From contig JBAYHW010000001.1 in assembly GCA_041665925.1 (NCBI GenBank), positions 166,685-230,684 of the forward strand: a stretch of 64,000 nucleotides of DNA, written 5' to 3'. Made by a program: the position numbers and the translations under genes. A model generated the notes under the pieces. The model was not told where the DNA came from. It saw only the letters and a list, made by a program, of their open reading frames with translations, and made no database searches. Source of the stretch: Minisyncoccota bacterium (GTDB taxonomy: Bacteria; Patescibacteriota; Minisyncoccia; Phycocordibacterales; UBA9973). Shown piece after piece: positions 29,959 through 39,198 of this stretch. Position 1 is the first letter of the stretch, and the number at the start of each line of letters is the position of its first letter.

Positions 29959-31623
29959 ATGCAAAAGTACGGGGAACTGCTGGAGATGTTGTTAAGGAAG
30001 AGAGGGATTACTGATCCAGCACAAGCTGAAATTTTTTTAAACCCAGACTATGAACGGGATTTTCACGACCCTTTTTTAATGCGAGATATGGAAAAGTCCT
30101 GTGTGCGAATTTTCGAAGCCATAGAAGCCAATGAAAAAATCGTGATTTATGCAGACTACGATTGTGACGGGATACCCGGTGCTGTAATTTTAAACGACTT
30201 ATTTAAACTTTTAAAATACAATAACTACGAAGTTTATATCCCCATGAGGAACTCCGAAGGTTATGGGTTGAACCTAGAGGCAATTAAAAGTTTTGTAGAA
30301 TCTGGGGTGAAATTGTTGATAACAATTGATCTTGGGATTACGGCTGTGGAAGAAGTAGCCCAGGCCTCTGTTGATGGTATTGATGTAATAATCACCGACC
30401 ACCATTTACCTCAGGCGGTCTTACCTAGAGCGTATGCCATTCTGAACCCCAAGGTGGATGATTATCCAGAAAAAATGCTTTGCGGGGCAGGAGTAATGTT
30501 TAAATTAGTGCAAGGGTTCCTAAAAAAATATAAAGAGTATTTTAAAATCAAAGAAGGGGCTGAGAAATGGATGCTTGATATGGCTGGCCTCGCTACACTC
30601 TCAGATATGGTGCCACTTACGGGGGAGAACAGAGCCATAGCTTACTTCGGGATGAAAGTTTTTAAAAAATCTCCACGTCCTGGGGTGCAGAAACTTCTCA
30701 GTAAATTAAATATTGACCAAAGATATTTATCTGAAGATGACCTTGGTTTTATGGTGACGCCTAGATTAAATGCAGCCTCTCGGATGGATAATCCTATGCG
30801 GGCATATGAGCTTCTGGCTACAACTGATGCAGTAGAAGCCGGTGAACTTGCGAATCATCTGTCAAAAATAAATGATGAAAGGAAAACTATCGTGACTGGA
30901 ATAATGCGAGATGTAAATAAACATATGAATAAAAAGCTTGAAGAGAATTCGGAGACCGAGGTGATAGTTATAGGTAATCCAGGGTGGCGAGTGGGGGTTC
31001 TCGGGTTAGTGGCAGGGAAAATGTGTGATGAGTACAACAAGCCGGTTTTTGTTTGGGGGAAAGATGAAAATGATTTAATCAAAGGTTCTTGCCGGAGCGA
31101 TGGTTCAGTGTCGGTAGTGGAGCTTATGACAGCTACCAATGAATCTTTTTTAGAATTCGGAGGGCATGAGCTTGCTGGAGGATTTACGGTGCACAGTGAG
31201 AAAATTCATTTCTTAGAAGAAGCCTTATCTGAATCTTTTCGTAAAGTAAAACGAGATAAAAAAGAAAATGAAGTAAATTATGACGTAAAAACAGATTTAG
31301 GTGCTGTGACTATGAAAAATTGGAAAGAAATAAATAAAATGTCGCCTTTTGGCCTTGGAAATTCTAAACCAGTATTTCTTTTTGAAGGAGTCAAAATAGA
31401 AAAATTAAAAAAATTTGGGAAAAATGGTTCTGGAGAACATCTCGAAATTACTTTTTCTGACACCAGTAAACATAAAGCTACTGCGATTTCCTTTTTTTCT
31501 AATATTGATTCCTTTAAGACTCAATTATCAGAAGGTTTAAGGGTGGATTTACTGGGCACTTTTGACTTATCAAGGTTTCGAGGTAGGGAAGAGCTACGAT
31601 TAAGAATAGTTGATATACTATAA
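29959..31623 (+). CDS. recJ: single-stranded-DNA-specific exonuclease RecJ
   Basis: DHH motifs (YADYDCDGI, ITDHH) and a DHHA1 domain. Confidence 0.85.
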   Translation: MQKYGELLEMLLRKRGITDPAQAEIFLNPDYERDFHDPFLMRDMEKSCVRIFEAIEANEKIVIYADYDCDGIPGAVILNDLFKLLKYNNYEVYIPMRNSEGYGLNLEAIKSFVESGVKLLITIDLGITAVEEVAQASVDGIDVIITDHHLPQAVLPRAYAILNPKVDDYPEKMLCGAGVMFKLVQGFLKKYKEYFKIKEGAEKWMLDMAGLATLSDMVPLTGENRAIAYFGMKVFKKSPRPGVQKLLSKLNIDQRYLSEDDLGFMVTPRLNAASRMDNPMRAYELLATTDAVEAGELANHLSKINDERKTIVTGIMRDVNKHMNKKLEENSETEVIVIGNPGWRVGVLGLVAGKMCDEYNKPVFVWGKDENDLIKGSCRSDGSVSVVELMTATNESFLEFGGHELAGGFTVHSEKIHFLEEALSESFRKVKRDKKENEVNYDVKTDLGAVTMKNWKEINKMSPFGLGNSKPVFLFEGVKIEKLKKFGKNGSGEHLEITFSDTSKHKATAISFFSNIDSFKTQLSEGLRVDLLGTFDLSRFRGREELRLRIVDIL

Positions 31624-31628
31624 ATATA

Positions 31629-32093
31629 ATGACAGAAGTGATTAAAATTTATACCGATGGCGCAGCAAGGGGGAATCCAGGACCGGCTGGCTGGGGAGCA
31701 GTATTTCTTAAAAGAGATAAAGTATTTTTGGAGCTCGGTGGGCGTAGTGATCATGCCACCAATAATCAGATGGAATTAACGGCGGCGATTGAAGGTTTTA
31801 AATACTTAAAGAAACATAAAATAAATCTACCAGTCGAAGTTTTTGCGGATTCAAAATATGTAATTTTAGGAATTACCGAATGGATATTTAATTGGCAGAA
31901 AAATAGTTGGAGAAATGCCGGAAAGAAGCCAGTTATGAATCGTGAACTTTGGGAAGAACTTTTTGCTCTTACGCAGGAGTTTAAGATTAAATGGAGTTAT
32001 GTGAAGGGACACAGTGGAGATAAATACAACGACAGGGTAGATGAAATCGCCACAAGTTTCGCAGATGATGCTCCAGTAGTTTTGCATAAATAA
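31629..32093 (+). CDS. rnhA: ribonuclease HI
   Basis: IYTDGAARGNPGPAGWGAV...NNQMELTA...ADSKYV. Confidence 0.9.
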   Translation: MTEVIKIYTDGAARGNPGPAGWGAVFLKRDKVFLELGGRSDHATNNQMELTAAIEGFKYLKKHKINLPVEVFADSKYVILGITEWIFNWQKNSWRNAGKKPVMNRELWEELFALTQEFKIKWSYVKGHSGDKYNDRVDEIATSFADDAPVVLHK

Positions 32094-32097
32094 TTTT

Positions 32098-32685
32098 ATG
32101 AAAGAAAATCCTTTAGCAAAATATAACACCTTAGGGTTAAGAGGGCCAGTACATCCTATGGAGCGTGAAAAACTTTCTATTTATTTTGCCGGACCAGAAG
32201 ACCTGGAAGAGTTTAAAAAAATGAAACTGGAATCTTTTAGCAATGACCCGGGAGCCTTCTCTATTTATTCTCCAGAGAAATTGGAAAAGAAGGTCAAGGA
32301 CGTACAGAATTATTCCCAGGAAAATGTATTGAGCCCTGTAAGATTTACAGTAATGTCGAGATATGATTCTAAACCCATGGGTATAGTTGGAGCGGTAAAG
32401 GAAGATGACGGTACTTGGATTATTCATTCCGTTTACATTAATCCAAGTTTTAGAAAAGGTTTGACAGAAATCTCGGTCGCAAAAGAGATGATACAGAAAG
32501 CTCTGTCAGAGATAAAACAGAGAGGTGGAACAAAAGTTATATTATGGGTGGAAAATACCAGAGAGCATGCCATTGCTCTTTATAAAAGTTTAGGATTTAA
32601 AAAGTCAAAACAACCCAAGGAAATATTTTATAGAGTATTAAAAAAAGGACACGGGCTAATGGAATTGGATTTAAATGCGGGATAG
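32098..32685 (+). CDS. GNAT-family N-acetyltransferase
   Basis: C-terminal acetyl-CoA-binding core (VILWVENTREHAIALYKSLGF). Confidence 0.55.
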   Translation: MKENPLAKYNTLGLRGPVHPMEREKLSIYFAGPEDLEEFKKMKLESFSNDPGAFSIYSPEKLEKKVKDVQNYSQENVLSPVRFTVMSRYDSKPMGIVGAVKEDDGTWIIHSVYINPSFRKGLTEISVAKEMIQKALSEIKQRGGTKVILWVENTREHAIALYKSLGFKKSKQPKEIFYRVLKKGHGLMELDLNAG

Positions 32686-34159
32686 AATTTTTTACACGAT
32701 TTGTTTCAGTTTTATTTTTGGAATCTTTGTACGCTCTTTTGTTTTTATAAATTTATATCTGGTTATTGTATTTTGTATAATTTCTTTTGCTCTTTTTTTA
32801 TTTTTTACTTTAATATCTAAAAACAACTTTGGAATTATTTTTTCAATCTTTATTTTCACTTTTGCTCTAGGAATTTTTAGATTTGATACGGTAGATACTC
32901 CCTCTCCTGCATTGTTTGAGTCCAAGGTTGGGAAAAATGTAAATTTTACGGGAGAAATTATAGATGAACCAAATGTTAAAGAGAAGAATCAGCAATTAAC
33001 AGTTGCGGTGAATGAAGGTGAACAAAAAACAAAGATTTTATTATCTGTAGGTTTGGAGGAATATTATAGTTATGGCGACGAGATATCTTTTTCTGGTATT
33101 TTAAAAAAGCCAGAGAATTTTGTTACTGACCAAGGCAAAGAATTTGATTATGTAAATTATCTAAGGAAAGATCGCATTGTTTACGTGATGAGTTATCCAA
33201 AAGTTGAGATTGTTTCTCGTGGAAATGGGAATGTGGTTAAAAAGATTTTATTCGATGTTAAAGAAAAGTTTATAGAAAAATTAAATTTAGTCATTGATAG
33301 CCCAGAAAATTTACTTATGGGTGGGCTGATCTTGGGAGAAAAATCTGCATTTAGTGAAAATTTACGGCAGAGTTTTGTAAATACGGGTACGATTCACATA
33401 GTCGCTCTTTCTGGATACAACGTGACTATTGTAGCTGAGTGGATTATGAAATTGTTTGCCCAGTTATCCTTTGTTTCTGTAAATTTCAGTATTGGAGCAG
33501 GAATTTTTGCGATTATTTTATTTATATTAATGACGGGGATGAGCTCTACTGCTGTCCGGGCGGGGATTATGGCTGTGCTGGCGCTTATTGCTCGGGCCAC
33601 AGGCAGGAATTATGATGTGGCGAGAGCGCTCGTGCTTACCGGAGTTGTTATGGTCATGATAAATCCTTTTCTGTTAGTTTTTGATGTTTCTTTTCAGCTT
33701 TCTTTTATCGCTACTGTTGCTGTTATATTTTTCGCACCAAGAGTTGAAAGGTATTTCGAATGGGTTACTAAAAAATTTGGTTTGCGAGACATAGTTTCTG
33801 TTACCACGGCTGCATATATTTTTGTTTTTCCTTTTATTTTGTATAAAATGGGAAATTTTTCTTTGGTTGCAATTCCGGCAAATATTTTAATTCTTCCCTT
33901 TATCCCTTTTACAATGCTGTTAGGATTTATCACTGGTTTCGTGGGGTTAATCTGGAATATTTTAGCGGTGCCGTTTGGCTTTGTTTCTTATCTATTTTTA
34001 CAATACGAGCTTGGAGTGATAAATTTCTTTGCCAAGGCTCCCTTTGCCGCCTTCAGCTTTCCAGATTTTCCTCTCTCTCTAACCATCTTAATATATCTCT
34101 ATTTTATTTATAGACTTTTTGGGAGAGATATTAAAATTTTCTTTACACAGTCAACTTGA
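32675..34159 (+). CDS. comEC: ComEC/Rec2 DNA-uptake channel protein, membrane domain only
   Basis: Multi-TM protein; competence-domain motif LLMGGLILGEKSAFSENLRQSFVNTGTIHIVALSGYNV. Confidence 0.8.
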   Translation: MRDRIFYTICFSFIFGIFVRSFVFINLYLVIVFCIISFALFLFFTLISKNNFGIIFSIFIFTFALGIFRFDTVDTPSPALFESKVGKNVNFTGEIIDEPNVKEKNQQLTVAVNEGEQKTKILLSVGLEEYYSYGDEISFSGILKKPENFVTDQGKEFDYVNYLRKDRIVYVMSYPKVEIVSRGNGNVVKKILFDVKEKFIEKLNLVIDSPENLLMGGLILGEKSAFSENLRQSFVNTGTIHIVALSGYNVTIVAEWIMKLFAQLSFVSVNFSIGAGIFAIILFILMTGMSSTAVRAGIMAVLALIARATGRNYDVARALVLTGVVMVMINPFLLVFDVSFQLSFIATVAVIFFAPRVERYFEWVTKKFGLRDIVSVTTAAYIFVFPFILYKMGNFSLVAIPANILILPFIPFTMLLGFITGFVGLIWNILAVPFGFVSYLFLQYELGVINFFAKAPFAAFSFPDFPLSLTILIYLYFIYRLFGRDIKIFFTQST

Positions 34160-34166
34160 GAAAGTT

Positions 34167-34760
34167 TTATAAGGCTTCGTTGAGATTTTTTTCTACAGTG
34201 CTCCAGTTCAAGTTTGTAAAGAAGTCTTCTACATAATCCTTTTTCCCTCCTGGGGCATAGTCGGCGATGTAGGCGTGTTCCCATAAGTCTAAGCATAGAA
34301 TAGGTACACAGCCAGAGAGTTGTCCGAGCTCGTGATCTCCGACATATGCATTCATTAAATACTTTTCATTTTTATCATAATATAAAATAGCCCAGCCTAT
34401 CCCACGGCTCATAGCTATGGCTTTAAATCTAGCCAGCCATTTATCGAAACTTCCCCAGACGAATTCTATGGATTTATATAATTCACTATCCTTGGAAATT
34501 TCCTTGGCTCCATTTGATAAATGTTCGAAATATATTTCGTGGTTTCGCATACCGTCATATTCAAAACCGAACCTTCTTTGCACTTCCGCCAATTCATAAG
34601 CATTTTTCTCGGAATCTTTGGAAAGTTCTTCAATCTTTTGCAAAATTAAATTTGTATTTTTTACGTAACCCTCATAGAGTTTTAGGTGGTCAGCTACAGT
34701 TTTTTCTGAAATTCCTTTCAGGGGAGCGATGTTAAAAGTTTTGGGTGTAAATGTTTTCAT
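34167..34760 (-). CDS. sodA: Fe/Mn superoxide dismutase
   Basis: DLWEHAYI signature and Fe/Mn SOD metal ligands. Confidence 0.9.
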   Translation of the reverse strand: MKTFTPKTFNIAPLKGISEKTVADHLKLYEGYVKNTNLILQKIEELSKDSEKNAYELAEVQRRFGFEYDGMRNHEIYFEHLSNGAKEISKDSELYKSIEFVWGSFDKWLARFKAIAMSRGIGWAILYYDKNEKYLMNAYVGDHELGQLSGCVPILCLDLWEHAYIADYAPGGKKDYVEDFFTNLNWSTVEKNLNEAL

Positions 34761-34806
34761 TTTATATATTTGATAATTAATATGGTTAATGTGTTAACAT
34801 TGTATC

Positions 34807-35688
34807 ATGCCGGAAACGGAAAATATACATTACAAAAACTACATTTTATTGATTATTATTCTATTTTTATCTGTCGTTAACGTTTTTCTTTTTTGGACTG
34901 ATTTTCAAAGCTCAAAAAGAGGGCTTACTTTTGCCATGCTGGATATCGGGCAAGGGGACGGGCTATTTATTGAGTCACCCAACGGTACACAAATAATGTT
35001 TGATGCAGGACCCGCGCGTAGTGTGCTTGGTCCGCTTGCGAGAGTGACGTCTCCGTTTGATAAAACCATAGATGCAATTGTAATTACAAATCCAGACGCA
35101 GACCATATCGGTGGGTTTATAGATATTTTAAAAAATTATAAAGTTGGTGCTGTCTTAGAGCCAGGAACTTTTAACGATTCTAAAACTTATCAAAATTTAA
35201 AAGCAGAAATACAAAAACAGAAAATACCAAATATTTTAGTGAAAAAAGGAATGCGCTTGAATATGGGACACGGGGTATTGATTGATATTTTATTTCCTGA
35301 CCGAGATGTTTCTACTTGGAATTCAAACGATGGCTCAGCAGTGGCGCGATTATCCTATGGAGCCACGTCTGTAATGTTGACGGGGGACGCTTCAGTAAAA
35401 ACCGAAAGGATAATTTTGGAAGACAATAATTTGGCACAACTTAAAAGTACTATTTTGAAAGTTGGGCATCACGGATCACGCACTTCTTCTTCCACATCAT
35501 TTGTAAAAGCTGTCTCTCCTGCGTACGCACTAGTTTCTGATGGCAAAGATAATAAATATGGTCATCCACACAAGGAAACTCTCACTACGCTAACTCAACT
35601 TGGAGTAAAAACTCTTCGAACTGACTTATTGGGGACCATTATTATGAAGTCTGATGGTAAAAACGAGCTATTTTCATTCCAAAAGTAA
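34807..35688 (+). CDS. ComEC C-terminal metallo-beta-lactamase-fold domain, encoded as a separate ORF
   Basis: N-terminal TM helix; MLDIGQGDGLFIE, NPDADHIGG, VGHHGS, NKYGHPH motifs typical of the ComEC MBL nuclease domain. Confidence 0.75.
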   Translation: MPETENIHYKNYILLIIILFLSVVNVFLFWTDFQSSKRGLTFAMLDIGQGDGLFIESPNGTQIMFDAGPARSVLGPLARVTSPFDKTIDAIVITNPDADHIGGFIDILKNYKVGAVLEPGTFNDSKTYQNLKAEIQKQKIPNILVKKGMRLNMGHGVLIDILFPDRDVSTWNSNDGSAVARLSYGATSVMLTGDASVKTERIILEDNNLAQLKSTILKVGHHGSRTSSSTSFVKAVSPAYALVSDGKDNKYGHPHKETLTTLTQLGVKTLRTDLLGTIIMKSDGKNELFSFQK

Positions 35689-35727
35689 TTAACATTGCTC
35701 TTCTTGTAATTATGATATTATAAAAAT

Positions 35728-36972
35728 ATGAAAGATAAAAAAATTGAGAAATTAATAAAAGAGGAAGAAAAGAGGCAGAAAGAAGGGCTAGAGCTTATCC
35801 CTTCTGAAAACTATGTTTCTGAGGATGTTTTGACAGCCAATGGTTCGGTTTTTACCAATAAATACTCTGAAGGATACCCAGGACGCAGGTATTATGGAGG
35901 GCAGGATTTTACTGATCAAGTGGAGAGATTAGCCATAGAGCGTATTTGTAAACTTTTTAAATGTAAATTTGCTAATGTTCAGCCACATTCTGGCGCTCCG
36001 GCCAACCTCGCAGTTTATGCGGCCTTGCTCGAGCCAGGGGATACGGTTCTCGGAATGGATTTATCTCATGGAGGGCACCTGACTCACGGACATCCTATGA
36101 CTCTTCCGGCGAAAATTTATAAATTCGTAACCTACAAGATGAAAAATCCGGACACGGGGGAGATCGATTATGAAGATATGCGAAAAGTTGCCCTTGAGCA
36201 CAAGCCGAAATTAATTATCGCTGGATTCTCTGCATACCCAAGAACACTAAACTATAAAAAATTCGTAGACATAGCTCACGAAGTCGGTGCGATAACTATG
36301 GCCGACATGGCGCACATTGCTGGTCTTATCGCTGCCGGAGTACTTCGTAATCCTTTTGACGATGGTTTTGATATTATAACTTCCACTACACACAAGACTC
36401 TTCGTGGTCCACGCGGGGGAATAATCTTAACTCGCGAGAGCGAAGAAATTGCCAAGAAAATTGATAAATCCATCTTCCCTGGCATCCAGGGTGGTCCCCA
36501 CATGCATACTATTGCTGCTAAGGCCGTGGCATTCGGTGAGGCTATGACGCCAAAGTATAAAGCATATGCAAAACAGATTTTAAAAAATGCGAAAGCTATG
36601 GCAGAAGTTTTGAAGAAGAATAAAATTAGAATGATTGGCGGGGGGACAGATAACCACTTAATTCTTGCCGATGTGTTTGGTTCGCTGGGCGTGACTGGGA
36701 AAGAAGCCCAGACAGTGCTAGACGAAGTGGGAATCACCTTAAATATGAACTCTATAGCAGGAGACACTAGGAAACCGCTTGATCCTTCCGGGATTCGTTT
36801 CGGTACTCCAGCTATCACTACTAGAGGATTTAAGGAGAAAGATTGCAAGAAAGTCGCTGAGCTTATGATTCTTACTCTCAAGAATAAAGATAATAAAAAA
36901 GCAAAAGAACAAATTCACAAAGAAATAAAAAAACTTGCCAAGAAATTTCCTATTCCTAAAAAGTTTGTATAA
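35728..36972 (+). CDS. glyA: serine hydroxymethyltransferase
   Basis: LELIPSENYVS and TTHKTLRGPRGG (PLP-Lys) motifs. Confidence 0.93.
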   Translation: MKDKKIEKLIKEEEKRQKEGLELIPSENYVSEDVLTANGSVFTNKYSEGYPGRRYYGGQDFTDQVERLAIERICKLFKCKFANVQPHSGAPANLAVYAALLEPGDTVLGMDLSHGGHLTHGHPMTLPAKIYKFVTYKMKNPDTGEIDYEDMRKVALEHKPKLIIAGFSAYPRTLNYKKFVDIAHEVGAITMADMAHIAGLIAAGVLRNPFDDGFDIITSTTHKTLRGPRGGIILTRESEEIAKKIDKSIFPGIQGGPHMHTIAAKAVAFGEAMTPKYKAYAKQILKNAKAMAEVLKKNKIRMIGGGTDNHLILADVFGSLGVTGKEAQTVLDEVGITLNMNSIAGDTRKPLDPSGIRFGTPAITTRGFKEKDCKKVAELMILTLKNKDNKKAKEQIHKEIKKLAKKFPIPKKFV

Positions 36973-36976
36973 ATTT

Positions 36977-37660
36977 ATGAATTTAAAAAATAAAGTTGTG
37001 GTTATTACAGGATCAACCAAAGGACTTGGTAAAGCTTTGGCGTCGGCGTTTTTAGACGAGAAAGTCAAAGTGATTATAAACGCCCGATCAAAAAAAGAAC
37101 TCCAAAAAGTAGGCAAAGAGATAGGGGCCGTTGGATACCCTGGTGATGTTACCAAGGAAAAAGACATGAAAAAGCTTGCAGATTTTGTTGTAAAAAAATT
37201 TAAGAGAATAGATGTGTGGGTTAATAATGCTGGTATTTGGTTGCCCCATAAGCCAATCGAAAAAACTGACTGGAAAAAGGCCCATGATTTAATGGAAGTC
37301 AATTTATTTGGTACAGTTTATGGATCCAAAGTTGCTTTGACCCAAATGCGCAAGCAGAATTTTGGTTTTATTGTGAATATTATTTCAACAAGTGGATTAA
37401 ATGGAAAAATAAACGAAACAGCTTATTGCGCAAGTAAATTTGCGGTGTCAGGATTTACTAAATCTCTCATGAAAGAGGTAAGTGGTGAAAAAATTAAAGT
37501 ACTCGAAGTTTATCCTGGAGGGATGAAAACAAATTTATTCGATGAAAGTAGACCGAAAAATTATAATGAATTTATGGATCCAAATTTCGTAGCTCAAAAG
37601 ATAATTCAAAATTTAAAATTAAGCAAACCTAGAGAGGGAATCATAATAAAAAGAAAATAG
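36977..37660 (+). CDS. short-chain dehydrogenase/reductase (SDR)
   Basis: TGSTKGLGKALA Rossmann motif; YCASK catalytic motif. Confidence 0.8.
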   Translation: MNLKNKVVVITGSTKGLGKALASAFLDEKVKVIINARSKKELQKVGKEIGAVGYPGDVTKEKDMKKLADFVVKKFKRIDVWVNNAGIWLPHKPIEKTDWKKAHDLMEVNLFGTVYGSKVALTQMRKQNFGFIVNIISTSGLNGKINETAYCASKFAVSGFTKSLMKEVSGEKIKVLEVYPGGMKTNLFDESRPKNYNEFMDPNFVAQKIIQNLKLSKPREGIIIKRK

Positions 37661-37661
37661 T

Positions 37662-38063
37662 ATGGAACTTCAAGTTGGGGTGAAAATTTTGCTTAAGAAT
37701 AAAGATGGGAAATATCTTGTAGTTTGTCGTAATCCGGAAAAATATCCAGAAGCCGGGAGACAGTGGGAAATTGTTGGTGGCAGGATAGACCCTGGTACAA
37801 ATTTGATTGAAAATTTGAGAAGGGAAGCAAAAGAAGAAACGGGATTAGAAATCACTGGTAGCCCTACTTTAATAACTGCCCAAGATATTTTAAAACCGAA
37901 TAAACATATTGTTCGTTTAACATATTCTGGATACGCGGATGGAGAAGTTAAATTAAGCGATGAGCATACTGAATATAATTGGCTTAGTTTAGGCGAAATT
38001 TCTAAGCTTGAACCGATGGATAAGTATTTCAAAGAAGTCTTAGGCAATTTCAATTTAAGCTAA
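37662..38063 (+). CDS. NUDIX hydrolase
   Basis: Nudix box GGRIDPGTNLIENLRREAKEETGL. Confidence 0.8.
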   Translation: MELQVGVKILLKNKDGKYLVVCRNPEKYPEAGRQWEIVGGRIDPGTNLIENLRREAKEETGLEITGSPTLITAQDILKPNKHIVRLTYSGYADGEVKLSDEHTEYNWLSLGEISKLEPMDKYFKEVLGNFNLS

Positions 38064-38082
38064 TTTCTGCTATATTTTCAAT

Positions 38083-38775
38083 ATGGCAAAGAAAGGGAAG
38101 CTAATAGTAATAGACGGCACAGATGGTTCTGGGAAGGCGACTCAGGTAGAGTATTTGATTAAGCATCTTAAGCAAGATGGGTATAAAGTAAAGGTCGTTG
38201 ATTTCCCAGATTACTACTCGAATTTTTTTGGAAAATTTATTGGGCACTGTCTCTCTGAGCAATATTATAATTTCGTAAAGGTGCATCCGAAAATAGCATC
38301 CGTGCTTTATGCAGCTGACCGTTTTGAATCAAAAGATAAAATTGGGAAATGGCTAAAAGACGGGAATATTGTAATAGCAAACAGATATGCTAGCGCGAAC
38401 CAGATACACCAAGGCGGGAAAATTGCTAATACCAAGAAAAGAGAAAACTTTTTGAAATGGTTAGCCGAGATGGAGTATAAAGTTTTTAAAATCCCAAAGC
38501 CTGATGTAATTTTCTATCTAAGTGTACCTATTCCTGTGGTTTTAAAATTAATTAAGGAAAGAAATAAAAGTGTAGCACGAGGATATCTAGGGAAGAAAAA
38601 AGATGTACACGAAAAGGACGTAAGATTTCTAGAAAATTCTAGGAAGAGTGCTCTATGGCTTGCGAAAACCCAGAAAGGATGGATTAAAATAGAATGTGTA
38701 AAAAGTGGAATTTTAAGTACTCGAGAAGATATTCACGAAGAAATTTATTCTAAGATTAAAAAAGTTTTGAAATGA
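38083..38775 (+). CDS. tmk: thymidylate kinase-like
   Basis: LIVIDGTDGSGKATQ P-loop and DRF/ANRY-like motifs. Confidence 0.7.
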   Translation: MAKKGKLIVIDGTDGSGKATQVEYLIKHLKQDGYKVKVVDFPDYYSNFFGKFIGHCLSEQYYNFVKVHPKIASVLYAADRFESKDKIGKWLKDGNIVIANRYASANQIHQGGKIANTKKRENFLKWLAEMEYKVFKIPKPDVIFYLSVPIPVVLKLIKERNKSVARGYLGKKKDVHEKDVRFLENSRKSALWLAKTQKGWIKIECVKSGILSTREDIHEEIYSKIKKVLK

Positions 38776-39197
38776 TTCTAAAAGTTAAAAAATTACATAA
38801 AGATGCGAAGCTGCCGACACATGGTCACCCCGGGGATGCAGGGATGGATTTTTATACTGTTGAGGAAGTAGTTTTTCCTGCAGGGAAACAGGCACGAGTG
38901 CACACAGGGGTAGTCATTGAGATTCCAGAGGGGTATGTGGGGCTTGTCTGGGACAAATCCAGCATTTCTTTTAATTTTGGACTTAAGGTGGTGGGAGGAG
39001 TTATGGACGCAGGATATCGCGGTGAAGTTATCATGAACTTCTTAAATGTTACAGACAAAGAGGTTATAATAGAGAAAGGTCATAAAATAGTACAAATGAT
39101 AATTCAGAAATTTGACCACTGTGATATAGAAGAGGTACAAGAAATTTCAGAGACAGTGCGTGGAAGTGGTAGAGAGGGTAGTACTGGACTTAAATAA
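38772..39197 (+). CDS. dut: dUTP diphosphatase
   Basis: GDAGMDFY and RGSGREGSTG motifs. Confidence 0.88.
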   Translation: MILKVKKLHKDAKLPTHGHPGDAGMDFYTVEEVVFPAGKQARVHTGVVIEIPEGYVGLVWDKSSISFNFGLKVVGGVMDAGYRGEVIMNFLNVTDKEVIIEKGHKIVQMIIQKFDHCDIEEVQEISETVRGSGREGSTGLK

Positions 39198-39198
39198 T

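Noticed and set aside
36276-37302. Minus-strand ORFs of 187-201 aa overlapping glyA and the SDR gene
   Set aside because: They are antisense to two well-supported genes and have no motifs.
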